Below are positions 25,123 to 37,423 of a DNA stretch of 64,000 nucleotides, one piece after another. Below the pieces are notes generated by a model. The model had not been told where the DNA came from. It searched no databases and saw only the letters and a list, made by a program, of their open reading frames with translations. Every line of letters begins with the position of its first letter. Positions within the stretch are counted from its first letter, which is position 1. The stretch comes from Felis catus. Taxonomy: Eukaryota. Both the position numbers and the translations under genes were made by a program. Location of the stretch: the NCBI RefSeq assembly GCF_018350175.1, contig NC_058368.1, positions 67,086,001 to 67,150,000 of the forward strand, read 5' to 3'.

Positions 25123-26378
25123 ATCAGACTTTTTCTTCCAAAGACTGACTGATGACACGAAACACACATTAACAGTGAATGCCATTGTGTGAGCATTTAT
25201 TAACTCCCTCTCGATGCTTCAGAAATTCTAAGCAGGCAAGCCTTCTGTGCATTTGCTTATCATTGTATATACACATCTAGCACAGCCCCAGGCTTGAGGT
25301 AGGCGCTCAGTTACTTTGTGGGGTGACTGAAGGAATTCTAAATGGGCCCCCCAAAAGTCTAGCACAAACCAAGACAGGTGTTAGTTTCTTCCGTCCACTG
25401 ATTTTAGTCTTAACATGACCCTGACATCTTTTACATTTTGCTAAGCACATTCTGGCTTTGTGTACTTTTTCCCGCAGCTGGGGCAACGTTTCCCACGTGT
25501 GGCATGTTTTCAGGTAACACAGGCACACTTGCCTAGGACACAGATACCTCGGGCCCTGCATGACCCAGAGACTCAGAGTCCCCAAACTGTCATGAGTTAC
25601 TTTTCATAAGCCCTCCAGGTGATTCTGATGTACTTGAGATCTAAATTTCTTAAGGGGTTATAGAAACCATATGGGTTGGAAAAAAGTCTAAGATCTAAAA
25701 GAAAAAAAGATACTTCAATAATTACTTCAAAGCCACCATGAAGCAGTTTGCCATGCTAACCACCCCTTTTTCACCAACCTTCTCGGCCACTGGTCCCACC
25801 TCTACTGAAAACAACTTCTGCTCAACAAACTCTAAATCCCTAGGCCCACCTTTCTGCCAGAAACTTTATACAGAGGAGAGAAGACTTGGGCTTTCAGCCC
25901 AAATCAAAGATGCTTCATCAGGACACAAAGGGGCTTGACAAAGTCAGACCCAGGAAAATTCAAAGTTCTCAGCAAGTCATACCTTTGATGCTACTGGATA
26001 CATCTCCATGGGAAGAATTTCCAGCCTCAGACACAGTTCAGGTGCATTTTAGCAGAAAAGCAATCAAAAGTCCCACCCAAATATTTAGATACAACTCCCT
26101 CAAAACCTTCTGCAAGATCCCTTTCATGCTATGTGATTTTATGTATCACAAAACAATGCTCAACTGCTGGATGCCTGCAGCATCTCACAGACGTGGAGAA
26201 TACAGTGACACATCTCCTGAGCATGTGTGGTGAGGAATGCAAAGATGGACAAGGCACCGCGCCTGTCTTCAGAAGCCTGGAGATCGGGGAGGAGAATACA
26301 TCCATCCCACACACGCGGGAAGTGAGGACAAAGTCACATCCGGGGAGTTCGAAGGAGGAGACGGGAGATTCCAGTGGG

Positions 26379-26620
26379 TGTGATGGTTAATTTTATGGGT
26401 CAACATGGCTAAGCCACAGTCATTTGCTCAAACACGTCTGGATGTTACAGTGAAAGTACCTTTCAGATGAGACTGACACTTAAATCAGTGGGCTTTAAAG
26501 CAGATTATCCTCCATGATGGTAGGTGGGCCTCACCCAATCAGTTGAAGACCTCAAGAGGAAAGAAAAGACTGACCTTCAAAGAGAGCATTCTGTCTCTAG
26601 ATTGCCTTTGGATTCAAGAT
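26379..26620 (+). mobile_element. ERVL LTR fragment (MLT2-like)
   Basis: tgtgatggttaattttatgggtcaacatggcta...gtgggcctcacccaatcagttgaagacct. Confidence 0.8.
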
Positions 26621-26975
26621 GCACTTTAGCATAAAGCCACATGGTTTTCATCTTCCTTTATTACACAATGGTCAGTAAAACTAATGTTTTTAACCAAAGA
26701 AGACGGATGCTTCTAACTATCTCTAAGACCTAATAGCCCAGGCCAGAAGCCAGGCCAGCAGAGTCTACACTGACTCTGAATTAGTGTTGCTTCCACTAAT
26801 TCAGTATTTATCTGAGGCCCAGTAGATGCCCAACATGGGCCAGCCACTATGCAAAAGAACTATCAGATATCATCTGCTGTCAGGGGGCTTAGTATAGTCC
26901 TGTCGAGTCAGAACCAGCCACATGCCATGATGCTGAACGATGTGGTACTGGCCTTGCACATATATATGGAAGCTT

Positions 26976-27210
26976 GGGGAGCCTGGGTGACTCAGTCAGT
27001 TGAGCACCTGACTCTGGATTTCGGCTCAGGTCATAATCCCGGGGTCATGGGATAGAGCCCCACGCTGGGGCTTGGGATTCTCTCTCTCTCCCTCTGCCCC
27101 TTCTCTGCTCACTCTCTTGCTCTCTTGTTCTCTTGCTCTCTCTCTCTCTCTGTCTCTCTCTCAATCTGTCTCTCTCTCTCAAAATGAATAAACTTAAAAA
27201 AAAATTTTTT
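26976..27210 (+). mobile_element. Can-SINE with expanded CT region
   Basis: ggggagcctgggtgactcagtcagttgagc head. Confidence 0.9.
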
Positions 27211-27259
27211 AATATGGAACCCTGAGGTCAGCATGAGAAAAAGTGCTGGAGGAAGATTG

Positions 27260-27260
<1 letters not shown>

Positions 27261-27290
<30 letters not shown>
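27261..27290 (+). repeat. G30 homopolymer
   Basis: 30 consecutive G. Confidence 0.95.
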
Positions 27291-27293
<3 letters not shown>

Positions 27294-28109
27294 GGGGGAC
27301 TCAGCAGCATTTACCTAAATCAAGAACAGAAAAAAAGGCAACCCCCTGAGATGAACAGCATGGGCAAAAACCCCAAAGCGCATATGAATGTGGTGCATCA
27401 CAGAGACAAGCCCTTCCCCTCCCCCACATCCGGGGCCAGAATGGAGGGTCGTGCGCTGGGAAACACGGGCCAGTTGAGCTCAAACCCAGAGCTTAAAATT
27501 TTGATTCTGCAGGAACCCCTGCAGGTCTCTTCAGAATGAGACTGGATGATGAAAACTACACGTGAGGAAATACGCGTGCCGGAAGGTCCTAGGAAGGCAG
27601 CGGAGGTGACGTAACAAGGGGTAAGAAACCAGGGTCTGGGAAGAATCCTAGTGCATCGTGCGCAAGCTGTGTGAGGATGGGCACACTGGTTCACTTGCTG
27701 CAGGAACGGTGTCCTTACCGGTCAAGTGGGGACACTAGTGCTCACGAACTGCTGTCAGGATGACCCGAGACAATGTGCCTGGACCTCACTAAGCGCTGGC
27801 TGCAGCAGCGACGGTCGCAAAAGGACAGCAAAATGTGCATGGGAAGCTGGCATCTGGAAAGGTTCTAGGTATGCTTAGAACATCACTGTGGCCAAAGTAT
27901 CTTCCTAGATGTGCTCTTTCAAGATGCAAACGCTACAAAACAGAAATTTTATTGAAATGCATGGGCCACAACTTTAACAAAGTTGTTGGAAGCCCCTGGG
28001 AGGAAGCATGACAAACTTGGGGACCAGAACTGGCCCCCTAAGACTGATCTCTCTCATGAGTAATATTTTTTTACAGGACAGAAATTTCATGATAAAAAAT
28101 CTCAGCTTT

Positions 28110-28333
28110 GGGGCTTCTGGGTGGCTCAGTCGGTTAAGCGTCCAACTTCAGCTCAGGTCATGATCTCACAGTTCGTGGGTTCAAGCCCTGCATCGGGCTC
28201 TGTGCTGACAGCTCAGAGCCTGGAGCCTGCTTTGGATTCTGTGTCTTCCTCTCTCTCTGCCCCTCCCCTGCCCACGCTGTCTCCCTCTCTCAAAAATAAA
28301 CATTAAAAAAAAATTTTTTTAATTCATCATAAA
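28110..28333 (+). mobile_element. Can-SINE
   Basis: TSD aaaaaatctcagcttt. Confidence 0.94.
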
Positions 28334-29209
28334 AAAAAATCTCAGCTTTTATGATAAAACTAAAAAAAAAAAAAAGGCACACGCAGAGCCATAGAACTTC
28401 AGTAGAAACATACTACTACACGGCCATCACTGTGGAGGAACAGGAACAAAACAAACTAGGTTTTTCGTAAAGCCCAGGCACTCAAGTTCATGCCTAGGTC
28501 CCGTCAGCAGAGCGTATTTATCTTCATTTTAGACCTATTTATAAACACACAAACACCTGAGCACCCACTGCGTCGGCCTGCATCTTGGCGATATTATTTG
28601 CCCTAGGCAACGTAGGGACAGCTAATTAGGAAAAGGAGGCAGCGGTATTGGGGGGGGGAGGGGTGTAGGAAGCAGGGGACATATTTGAAAGACCTTCCCA
28701 GAAATGGGCTGAGGCAGGAAAACAAGTAAACAGGGGGACAGGGGACAAAAGGTGGAGGTCCAAAGATTTACTCAGAGACCATAAGGCAGGCATCCATGGG
28801 GGATAGAACCCATCTTCAATCAGGGAGAAGTAACGGTGAGGCTGAGGCCATCTCCCCACCCAAGGAGCCAGGGCCCTTCTGCAAGCTCCTTCCTTCCTGA
28901 CCTAGAGAGGAATCTTCTTCCCCCAAAACTGCATACTGTCGCTACTGAATCATTTGAGTTGGCACAAGAGAGGAGATCTGTTTGTTTTCCTCCTGCCTCA
29001 GACATCTTCATCACCCTGCAGGTGATCAAAGGCCCTGTGCCACTGCTATCACTGCCCCCATGAATGATCAGCCACTTAGTTCTCTGTAGGGCACACCCCC
29101 AAGAAGACACAGAGGGGAACACGTACAACATTCTGGAATGACTACGGGCTTGGCTGCTGAGAAAGTTAAACCACAGCATGAGGACACCAAATTAAAAGCA
29201 GGTGTTTCA

Positions 29210-29445
29210 GGGTACCTGGGTAGCTCGGTCGGGTTAGCATCCAACTCCTGATTTCGACTCAGGTCATGATCTCAATGTTCATGAGTTCCAACCCCCTGTC
29301 AGGCTCTGCATGGACAGCAAGGTGAAGCCTGCTTGGGATTCTCTCTCTCTCCCTCTCCCTCTCCCTCTCTCCGCCCCTCCCCCCGACTTGCACTCTCTCT
29401 CAAAACAAAACTTAAATAATAAAAATTTAAAAAAAATAAAATGAA
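29210..29445 (+). mobile_element. Can-SINE
   Basis: Head, CT region, tail; TSD caggtgtt. Confidence 0.9.
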
Positions 29446-29498
29446 ATCAGGTGTTATGCCTAAAATCCACCTACAACTTAAAAAGGTTATTTGTCATT

Positions 29499-29744
29499 GG
29501 GGCGCCTGGTGGCTCAGTCGGTTGAGCGACCTACTTCGGCTCAGGTCATGATCTCGCAGTTTGTGAGGTAGGGCTCTGTGCTGACAGCTGGGAGCCTGGA
29601 GCCTGCTTCGGATTCTGGGTCTCCCTCAGTCTCTGCCCCTACCCTTCTCACGCTCTCTCTGTCGCGCACTCTCTCTCTCTCTCTCTCCCTCCCTCCCTTC
29701 CTCCAAGATAAATAAACGTTAAAAAAAATTTTTTTTTTTAAAAA
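29499..29744 (+). mobile_element. Can-SINE next to the exon 8 donor, antisense to ABCC4
   Basis: TSD core aaggttatttgt on both sides; small internal deletion in the B-box region. Confidence 0.93.
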
Positions 29745-29765
29745 CAAGGTTATTTGTTGCCAAAC

Positions 29766-30015
29766 CTTGATCCTTCGGATGCTGACAACCGCCTCTGACA
29801 CCTTCTCAATGGCCGCAGGGAAAAAAAGGGTGACCGTCAACCGCACAGCCCCATACAGTGTCACTGCCACAAACACATGGCTGGCTGTGATCACGTGTCC
29901 AAGAAGCACGTACGTGGTGAAAGTCACAAAAACGATGTTTTTGCTTGCAACGAAAAATGACGCCAAATTCATTCCTCTGAGGTAGGAACTTCTCAGAATC
30001 TTGGAAATTTCCTTC
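29766..30015 (-). CDS. ABCC4: ABCC4 exon 8, 250 nt, TM5-TM6
   Basis: ttttccag|GAAGGAA...ATCAAG|gtttgg; [32 protein letters not shown]...[24 protein letters not shown]. Confidence 0.96.
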
Positions 30016-30900
30016 CTGGAAAAGAGAAGATATAGGTTTGAAGGAAGCATCAACGTCCACGTCGTCTGTTCAAGCGCCTGTTGCCCATGGCCCCTTTCCA
30101 GGCTCCAACATAAGGACCACACGCTCAGAACCACTCCGCTCACCTTAACTAAACGGAGGCGTAATGTCACACGTTAACATTCTGGATCGATCAGACCAGG
30201 TTGAACATTCACTCAACAAGCACGCGTGATTACAAGTCCTGTGCTGGGCACCTTGCTGATGACAGACACAGCCTGTCCTCTCCGGGAACTCATGAACTCA
30301 TAAGGAGAAGAGACTAAGCAACCCAAAATGTGTGCACTGGACAGAAACAGTGAGTGCAGGCCCCGTGGGTGCACAGAGAAGAGGTGCCTCCCTCAGAACA
30401 GTGGAGTCGGGGCCGGACGCGTGCGAGTGGAACCTGGGGGGACGAGCCAGGTTGGTCGGGCTTGGTGGGGGCCAGGGAAGAACGAACTGCGTGCACTCGA
30501 AGCAGAGGAAGACGTACCTATGAAGTAAGTGCAAGAGGGAACAGAAGCACAGGGCTGTCAGAGAGGGGCCGTGGGCGGGGAGCACACAACTGATCAAATA
30601 TTTAACTCACAGACTGAAAAACATTCTACAAACGTAAAGCCACACAAAAAGGACCAGTGTTTCCATGGATCTGTGTCTCTGTCTGGAATGAATCATATTG
30701 ATTCTGACAGTTTGCCCCAATCTCTATAATTTTCCTATTTGTGCTACATTCGCACAAATTATAGCGTCAGTGTAAATGTCATATTTGCAAATACTACCAT
30801 CATGGCTGGTTTGGGATCTGGGGTATTAAGAGACATTTGAAATTTTGTTTTTGGAGTAGCAGAAGCACAGGGTGGGGTGTATAGTATTTAAGTTCACATT

Positions 30901-31114
30901 TAAAAAAAATATATTTTTTAATGTTTATTTTTGAGAGAGAGACAGAGTGCGAGAGGGGGAGGGGCAGAAAGAGAGGGAGACACAAAATCCAAAGCAGGCT
31001 CCAGGCTCTGAGCTGTCAGCACAGAGCCCAACGCGGGGCTCGAACTCACAGGCCGTGAGATTGTGACCTGAGCAGAAGTCGGACACTTAACCGACTGAGC
31101 CACCCAGGTGCCCC
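30901..31114 (-). mobile_element. Can-SINE in intron 7
   Basis: TSD ttcacattt. Confidence 0.93.
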
Positions 31115-31223
31115 TAAATTCACATTTTAATGTGAAAACTTCATTGAGACTTGTCAAACAATTCGGTGAAAGCAGGAGATCGAAAAGTATAGAAACGTGA
31201 TGTGAAATACACCGAAACTTTAC

Positions 31224-31349
31224 CTTCTCAAACTGGTGACAAGGTCTGCAAATGACTTTTCCCAGGCATACATTTTTATTATTCTTATGCCAGTGATAAC
31301 TTCATTCATGGTCCTGATCCTGACGTCTGTGAAAGTCGCAGTCTTATTC
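31224..31349 (-). CDS. ABCC4: ABCC4 exon 7, 126 nt
   Basis: ccccttag|GAATAAG...GAGAAG|gtaaag; (R)[41 protein letters not shown](R); KMYAWE motif typical of ABCC proteins. Confidence 0.97.
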
Positions 31350-32430
31350 CTAAGGGGACAGACGTGAGAGATGAATAACAGCCATCACAGCCCCACTTTG
31401 CTTATCAGCAGCTGGCACAGTCAGAGACCAGGGATCAAATGCTTCCCTACAGCAACTCTGCCCAGACAGCAGAGGCAGTTCCTACTCAAAATACAAACGG
31501 AAAAAGACTTCAGTTAGGAAGTCAACAATTCATCCCAATTCAAGAAGTCTTTTGGAGAACTTACAACATTGGCTGAGGAAGACATCAGAGAGAGTCAGAT
31601 ACAAACCATCTGTTCTGGGAGGTCATGAGTGGGTAGGGAAGGCAGAAAGGCGCCTGAATCTAACAACAATAATACAGTTGGCTGCAGTATAATAACATGG
31701 TAACAAAGTGCTTCAGAGCAGAAAAGAAAGAGCTGTTGATTCTACTGGGCGAGGGGGAGAGCAAGAAAAGCTTCAGAGTCCCAGCAGTTTTGGAACAGGA
31801 CCCAAAGGATAAAGAATATATCTCCATGGCTAAAGAGGGGAAAGAAAATTTCAAATAGAGAAAACACCACCGGTAAAGACACAGAAGAACTCAATGCGCT
31901 TCAAACAGCTCATCATCATCCACCTGACAACCTTGACCGTGACCCTCTCCCAGTCCTCTGGCACCTGCTTCACCCCCAGTAAGCTCTGCATCACCAGCCA
32001 CTTTTCTATCATGTATGCTGCTAGGACTGTGGGACGTATAAAGATATAACTGAGGTTGGCGTTGCCCTTGGGGAGCTTATAAAATTTAGTGGACACGCTG
32101 AATTATAAACAAGGCACACACATACACACCTGGAAACAGCTCTAACACAAGCGTAACAAAAATATACGCAGCCAGAACTGGGCCTCTAAATAGACATTTA
32201 AACTGTCGCATTATTTAATATATGTTTAAATAACATCATCATATGTAAATTTTGCTTGAAGACACTACTTACAAGGCACGGTGCCCAAAAAGCTGGCCAG
32301 GAGGAGCCAGTGGATGTCTTCACCCTTCCAGCCTAAAGCTGGAGCCTCCACTGGCCAAGCCTGAACAGCCAACACAAAGGAGAGATCACAGAAGACATTT
32401 GTTTGGCTTTTGAACAAAATCAGGGGCCAC

Positions 32431-32640
32431 GGGTGCCTGGGTAGCTCAGCTGATTAAGCATCCAACTCCTGATCTTGGCTCAGGTCATGATCTCAAAGTT
32501 CCTGAGATCGAGCCCCGAGTCGGGCTCCGACTGTCAGCACAGAGCCTGCTTGAGACTCTCTCTGCCTCTCTCTCTCTGCCCCTTCCACTGCTCTCTCATA
32601 CTCTCTCACTCTCAAAATAAACTTAAAAAAAAAAAAAAAA
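32431..32640 (+). mobile_element. Can-SINE in intron 6
   Basis: Head, CT region, A tail ending ~65 bp from the exon 6 donor. Confidence 0.92.
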
Positions 32641-32707
32641 GCATGGAGCAGACCATGGATATTAACAAATACATATTACCTATTTTTTGAACCAGTGTTT
32701 CTCTTAC

Positions 32708-32871
32708 CGGAGTGATGAAAACAACTTCCCGATGCAGCTTTGCAAGGGCAGAAGAATAATTAGAACTGCCATCCCAGCCAGACAGGATATTCCTATTTCC
32801 ATCCAGAGCAAGGCAGTCACTGCTATGGCCTGCAGTGGCCCTACCCACAGAAAGTGTAAGAATATGGTCAC
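32708..32871 (-). CDS. ABCC4: ABCC4 exon 6, 164 nt, TM3-TM4
   Basis: cttttaag|GTGACC...CTCCG|gtaaga; [55 protein letters not shown], ends phase 2. Confidence 0.97.
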
Positions 32872-33111
32872 CTTAAAAGAAAAAGACAAAGCTTTCTTAG
32901 GACTACAGAAACACAAAACCAGTGAGGACAGAAACAATCTGCTCTCAAAGAACAGTCAGGAACCTACACAGAAATGATCACAGTGGGTTTTAAACCTGCT
33001 AACGCCAAGATCCCAAGTATCCGCCCCAGATGAAGCTGTTCCAGGACACAGGGAAGGCTTCAGGGACATCCAGGGAGAACACGACCACCAGTACTAGAAG
33101 GAAGATCTCAA

Positions 33112-33336
33112 GGGGCGCCCCGGTGGCTCAGTCCGTTAAGCGTCCAACTCTTAATCTCAGCTCAGATCATCATCTCGCAGTTCGCGAGTTTGAGCCCCGT
33201 GTCAGGCTCTGCTCTGATGGTGCGGAGCCTGCTTGGGATTCTCTCTCCTTCTCTCTGCCCCTCCCCCACTTGTATACATGCACGTGCACACTCTCTCTCT
33301 CAAAATAAATAAACATTAAAAATTAAACCAAAAAAA
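33112..33336 (+). mobile_element. Can-SINE in intron 5
   Basis: TSD agaaggaagat(c/t)tcaa. Confidence 0.93.
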
Positions 33337-34177
33337 AGAAGGAAGATTTCAATTCTGTCTACCCCACGCGTGGGCCCAGGGTTCCCCCAAATTTCCTCTA
33401 CTACAAAATTCAGCCCCACCTCCCTTGGGCTCCCCAGGACCTCACAAAAACCTGTATTACGGTACCTACCATGCTCTCTAGTAATTACTTGCTCATTTCT
33501 CTCCCTGATAGGCTGTGCTTCCCCAGGGCAGAAACTAAGCCTTATTCATCCCTGAAACTGAATAGGAACCTTAGTTCATGTTTGATGAATGCATAATTGA
33601 AAGAGAAGTGGTCTAGTGCCATACAGATCCAACCAGCAGCTACGATGCCCCAGAAAGTGTGATATATTCATAAGGTAAATGTAAATGCAACACGGTGGGA
33701 TACAGAAGAACAGTTTGTTTCTGGCTAGGGATCACCCATGTGGCATTTTTTAATCAAAGACTTCCTACGTAGCAAGCACTCTAGAAGGCCCAGAACAATC
33801 CCTGTCCAGCAGAAGGTCAACATCCAGAGAGGGAGGAAGACAATTCAGCAATCCCAACACAGTGTGCTCAGAAGCCCCACTCCTGAAGGACTATTAGGAC
33901 CCTTTAACCAAGCGGGACGAGAACACTGCTGTCTGCTTATGAAGTCTTCAAGTAAGTATGCTGTAAACACATTAAGCAAACAGAACTCTTACCTGCCGGA
34001 CCACACATATTATCATAGCTAAGTTGCACACAGAAGAAATGAGACGCGGATAAAAAGTATCCTCGTCTTTGTCCCCAACAGAAGTCTGGCCTACACCCAA
34101 AACCGGCACCAGAAACTCCAGTAAGTTAAACCGAGTAAGGGGTGGGAAGGAAAGAGGCTCCCTCAGGGGCAGCTTAC

Positions 34178-34267
34178 CTGGTCAAACTTGTTCACGTCAT
34201 TGGACAGCAGATTGACGATCTGGCCGGTAGTAGTCTTTCCCATGGCCTTGTTACTAAGGCGAAGTGC
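34178..34267 (-). CDS. ABCC4: ABCC4 exon 5, 90 nt
   Basis: gtgccag|GCACTT...GACCAG|gtaagc; [30 protein letters not shown] (below ORF-track cutoff, translated manually). Confidence 0.97.
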
Positions 34268-35619
34268 CTGGCACAGAGACGGGAATGGAGAATTATACTC
34301 CCACAGTGATACTAAGCCACACTCAGAGAACTAGGAACATGGAGTGTATTTGTATGGGGTCTTGCGTGACGTCGGGAGAGCAGGATGACCTGTGACAGCA
34401 GGGCTCTAGGGACCTGGGGTCAGCCTTCGACTAATGTGGTGGCAGCCACGTGTCTGGAGGATCAACGAGAGCAACGGAGGCAGAAGCCAACTCCCCCAGA
34501 CCAGTTTTGATGAGTTTGGACAAGCCCCAAGCATAGAAGGATATGTCCTCAGGAGTCAACTAAAGTAATTTTGAGCCACATTCTACGAGAGTGAAGAGGC
34601 TATCTAAGGACAGAAATTAGGAGACGGACTAGCTAGAAATCTGGAACCAGTCCTTAATTCTGCATGCAACGTCTGGGTCTTAAGTCTCCTGGTTCTGGAA
34701 ATGTACATAAGCCCAGATGCTGCCTGGACAGACCCCAGGGTCCCTATGAGTGGGATGCCAGATACTCTTTATCCACCACGTGGAGGACACCAAGTGCTCC
34801 AGTAGATAGGGTGACTGAGGAGGCGTGTTCCCTGTTTAGAGACAGGACGTGATATGGACAAGCCCCGGTAATTCAAGCGTGAAATGGACAGTAACAACAG
34901 CAGCACAGGGAACTGGCGACAGTTTCCATTGAGTGACACTGTGGGCAGGACAGACCCTGGACAATGGGGAGGAGAAACTATGGAGAGAAGGGAAGAACAC
35001 TGTGACTGGAAGGAACAGCATGCAGTCAGGGAAGAGAAATGTAGAAGCAGCTGAGTAAAGAGTACCTGAAATCCGGCTAGAAAAGTAGAATGGAAAGCAG
35101 CTAATGTCTGGAAAACAGAATGGAGCAGGAAATGTCTTTTTACATTAGAGCGAGAAACGCAACTCCAGGAAGATTCAGCTGTAGAAGTCACTGGCCAGGA
35201 GACTCTTATAAGAAGGGAGGATTAGGAACCACTGATGGTCCAGGCAAGGGTAAAAAGACGGTGTGCTAGGGTTGTGTGAATGTGAATGGAAAGGAAGGGC
35301 CAGATATAAGGGAAGACACTTTGGAAAATAAAAAGTGTTACATAAATATAAGTACATCAGTCACAAAAAATACAGCCCCCCCCCCCCCCGCCCAACTATA
35401 AAGAAAAAAGAAAGAAATGCCCCTACAGGAAGAAATAAACCTCGGTGCCTTAATTATCGAAGGCTCATTTGAAAGTATTTTTAAAGCCAATTTTACATAC
35501 AAATACATGTGAACCCCTCATGTAGAAGATACACTATGGAAGTAGATACATGATAACTAATTTTAACAATTAAAGTAAGTCAATAGCACATAAAACTGAT
35601 TCTAAAACTGATCATTTTC

Positions 35620-35840
35620 GGGGAGCCTGGGTGGCTCAGCCGGTTACACATCCAACTTCAGCTCAGGTCATGATCTCACAGCTCGTGAGTTCGAGCCCCA
35701 CGTTGGGCTCTATGCTGACAGCTTGGAGCCTGGAGCCTAGAGCCTGCTTTGGATTCTGTGTCTCCCTCTCTCTCTCTCTCCCCTCCTCTACTCACGCTCT
35801 GTCTCTCAAAAATAAGTAAACGTTAAAAAAAACTTTTTTT
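35620..35840 (+). mobile_element. Can-SINE
   Basis: Head, body and tail recognisable. Confidence 0.92.
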
Positions 35841-36859
35841 GATCGTTTTCAAAACTTCTCAAGACTACTGTACCCAATTAGAATCATCACGGACAGACTG
35901 TCACTGACAACGAGGACCACAGGTAAGAGGGTGCGGATGACAATTTGTGCAAAAGACCAAGCTCTTCTCAGCGGGCCATCAGGACAACTTGTCATTCAGT
36001 TATGTCTGTAACCAGGTACAGTAACAGACCAAAGGCTGGCTCCGGAACAAAAGCACACATAAGTTAAGGACAAGGCTGCAGCCAACACAGAAATTAATAA
36101 TCTGTCCAAAGAAAAGCAGTCACACTCTGACTAGGACAAAAAAAACAGTGGAGTGTCATTAATGTTGGTAATGAGGAAGACACACCTTCCAAGCAAACTG
36201 CTTGGGTGGAGGCTGCCTCCACCCCTTAAAGAATGGTTGGTCCCGGACTCCCGCCCCCACCCCCCCCACCCTCGCCGCCGCCTGTAAATCTAAGAAACTG
36301 GACGGAACATAGGAGGCCACTGTTTCAGGCAGGAACCACGGGCGCCACAGGACCCTGCGCGCCGAGAGAAGGGAAACACCAGAGCAGAGCCCCGGGACAG
36401 CCGGCTTCCTGCCTGGGGGCATTTGCCAGCAGAACTGTAGTTTCCCTGTGCCAAGGAGGAAGAGGCAGCTGTTTCAAGTTGCAGAAACGTCTGGAATTTG
36501 CAAGCCAGGTGGCAGAAGGGTAGGCCCCAGAAGTTTCTGTAGGGATTTAGCAGAGGAGCGGGGGGTAGCTGTGGGCTCAAGAGAGACTCCAGAGGTCATG
36601 CCGGGGGTCACGGAGTTTCTGCCCAACCAGAATAAAACGATCTTCATAAGCACCTCAAATACTCCATTTAGACACCAGGAGGGCCATGCCTTAGTAATAA
36701 AGATCATACTCTAGAGTAAGAGCCACGTACCTGGACTTCATCTAAAATGGAAACACCATTTTAGACAGATACACAGGTACTTAGAGTAGGAAGGTGGATA
36801 GTTACACAGGTAGATAGAGAGATCCACTCCTGACAGGACTGACCTGTCAGGAATCGCTT

Positions 36860-37372
36860 AGAAGACAAAAGCTCAATCAATACCCTTTAGTCAAAACTCC
36901 CTATCATGTTATCCCCCACAGTATCCAACACAGTAAATAGTTATTATACAGGCAAAGAAGAAAAAGTGACCCATTATAAAGGAGAAAGAACACAGGCAAT
37001 GGAAGTAGAGCCTGACATGATCCAGATTTAGGAATTAGAGATGAGAACTAGAAAACAACTATTATAAATTATGTCCAAGGACTTAAAGGAAAACCTGGTT
37101 ATAACAAGGGAATTAGAATGGGTAATTTTAGGAGAGAAATGAGCACTATCAAAAGGAGCAATACGGGGGCGCCTGGGTGGCTCAGTCGGTTAAGCGTCCG
37201 ACTTCAGCTCAGGTCACGATCTCGCGGTCCGTGAGTTCGAGCCCCGCGTCAGGCTCTGGGCTGACAGCTCAGAGCCTGGAGCCTGTTTCCGATTCTGTGT
37301 CTCCCTCTCTCTCTGCCCCTCCCCTGTTCATGCTCTGTCTCTCTCTGTCTCAAAAATAAATAAACGTTAAAA

Positions 37373-37423
<51 letters not shown>

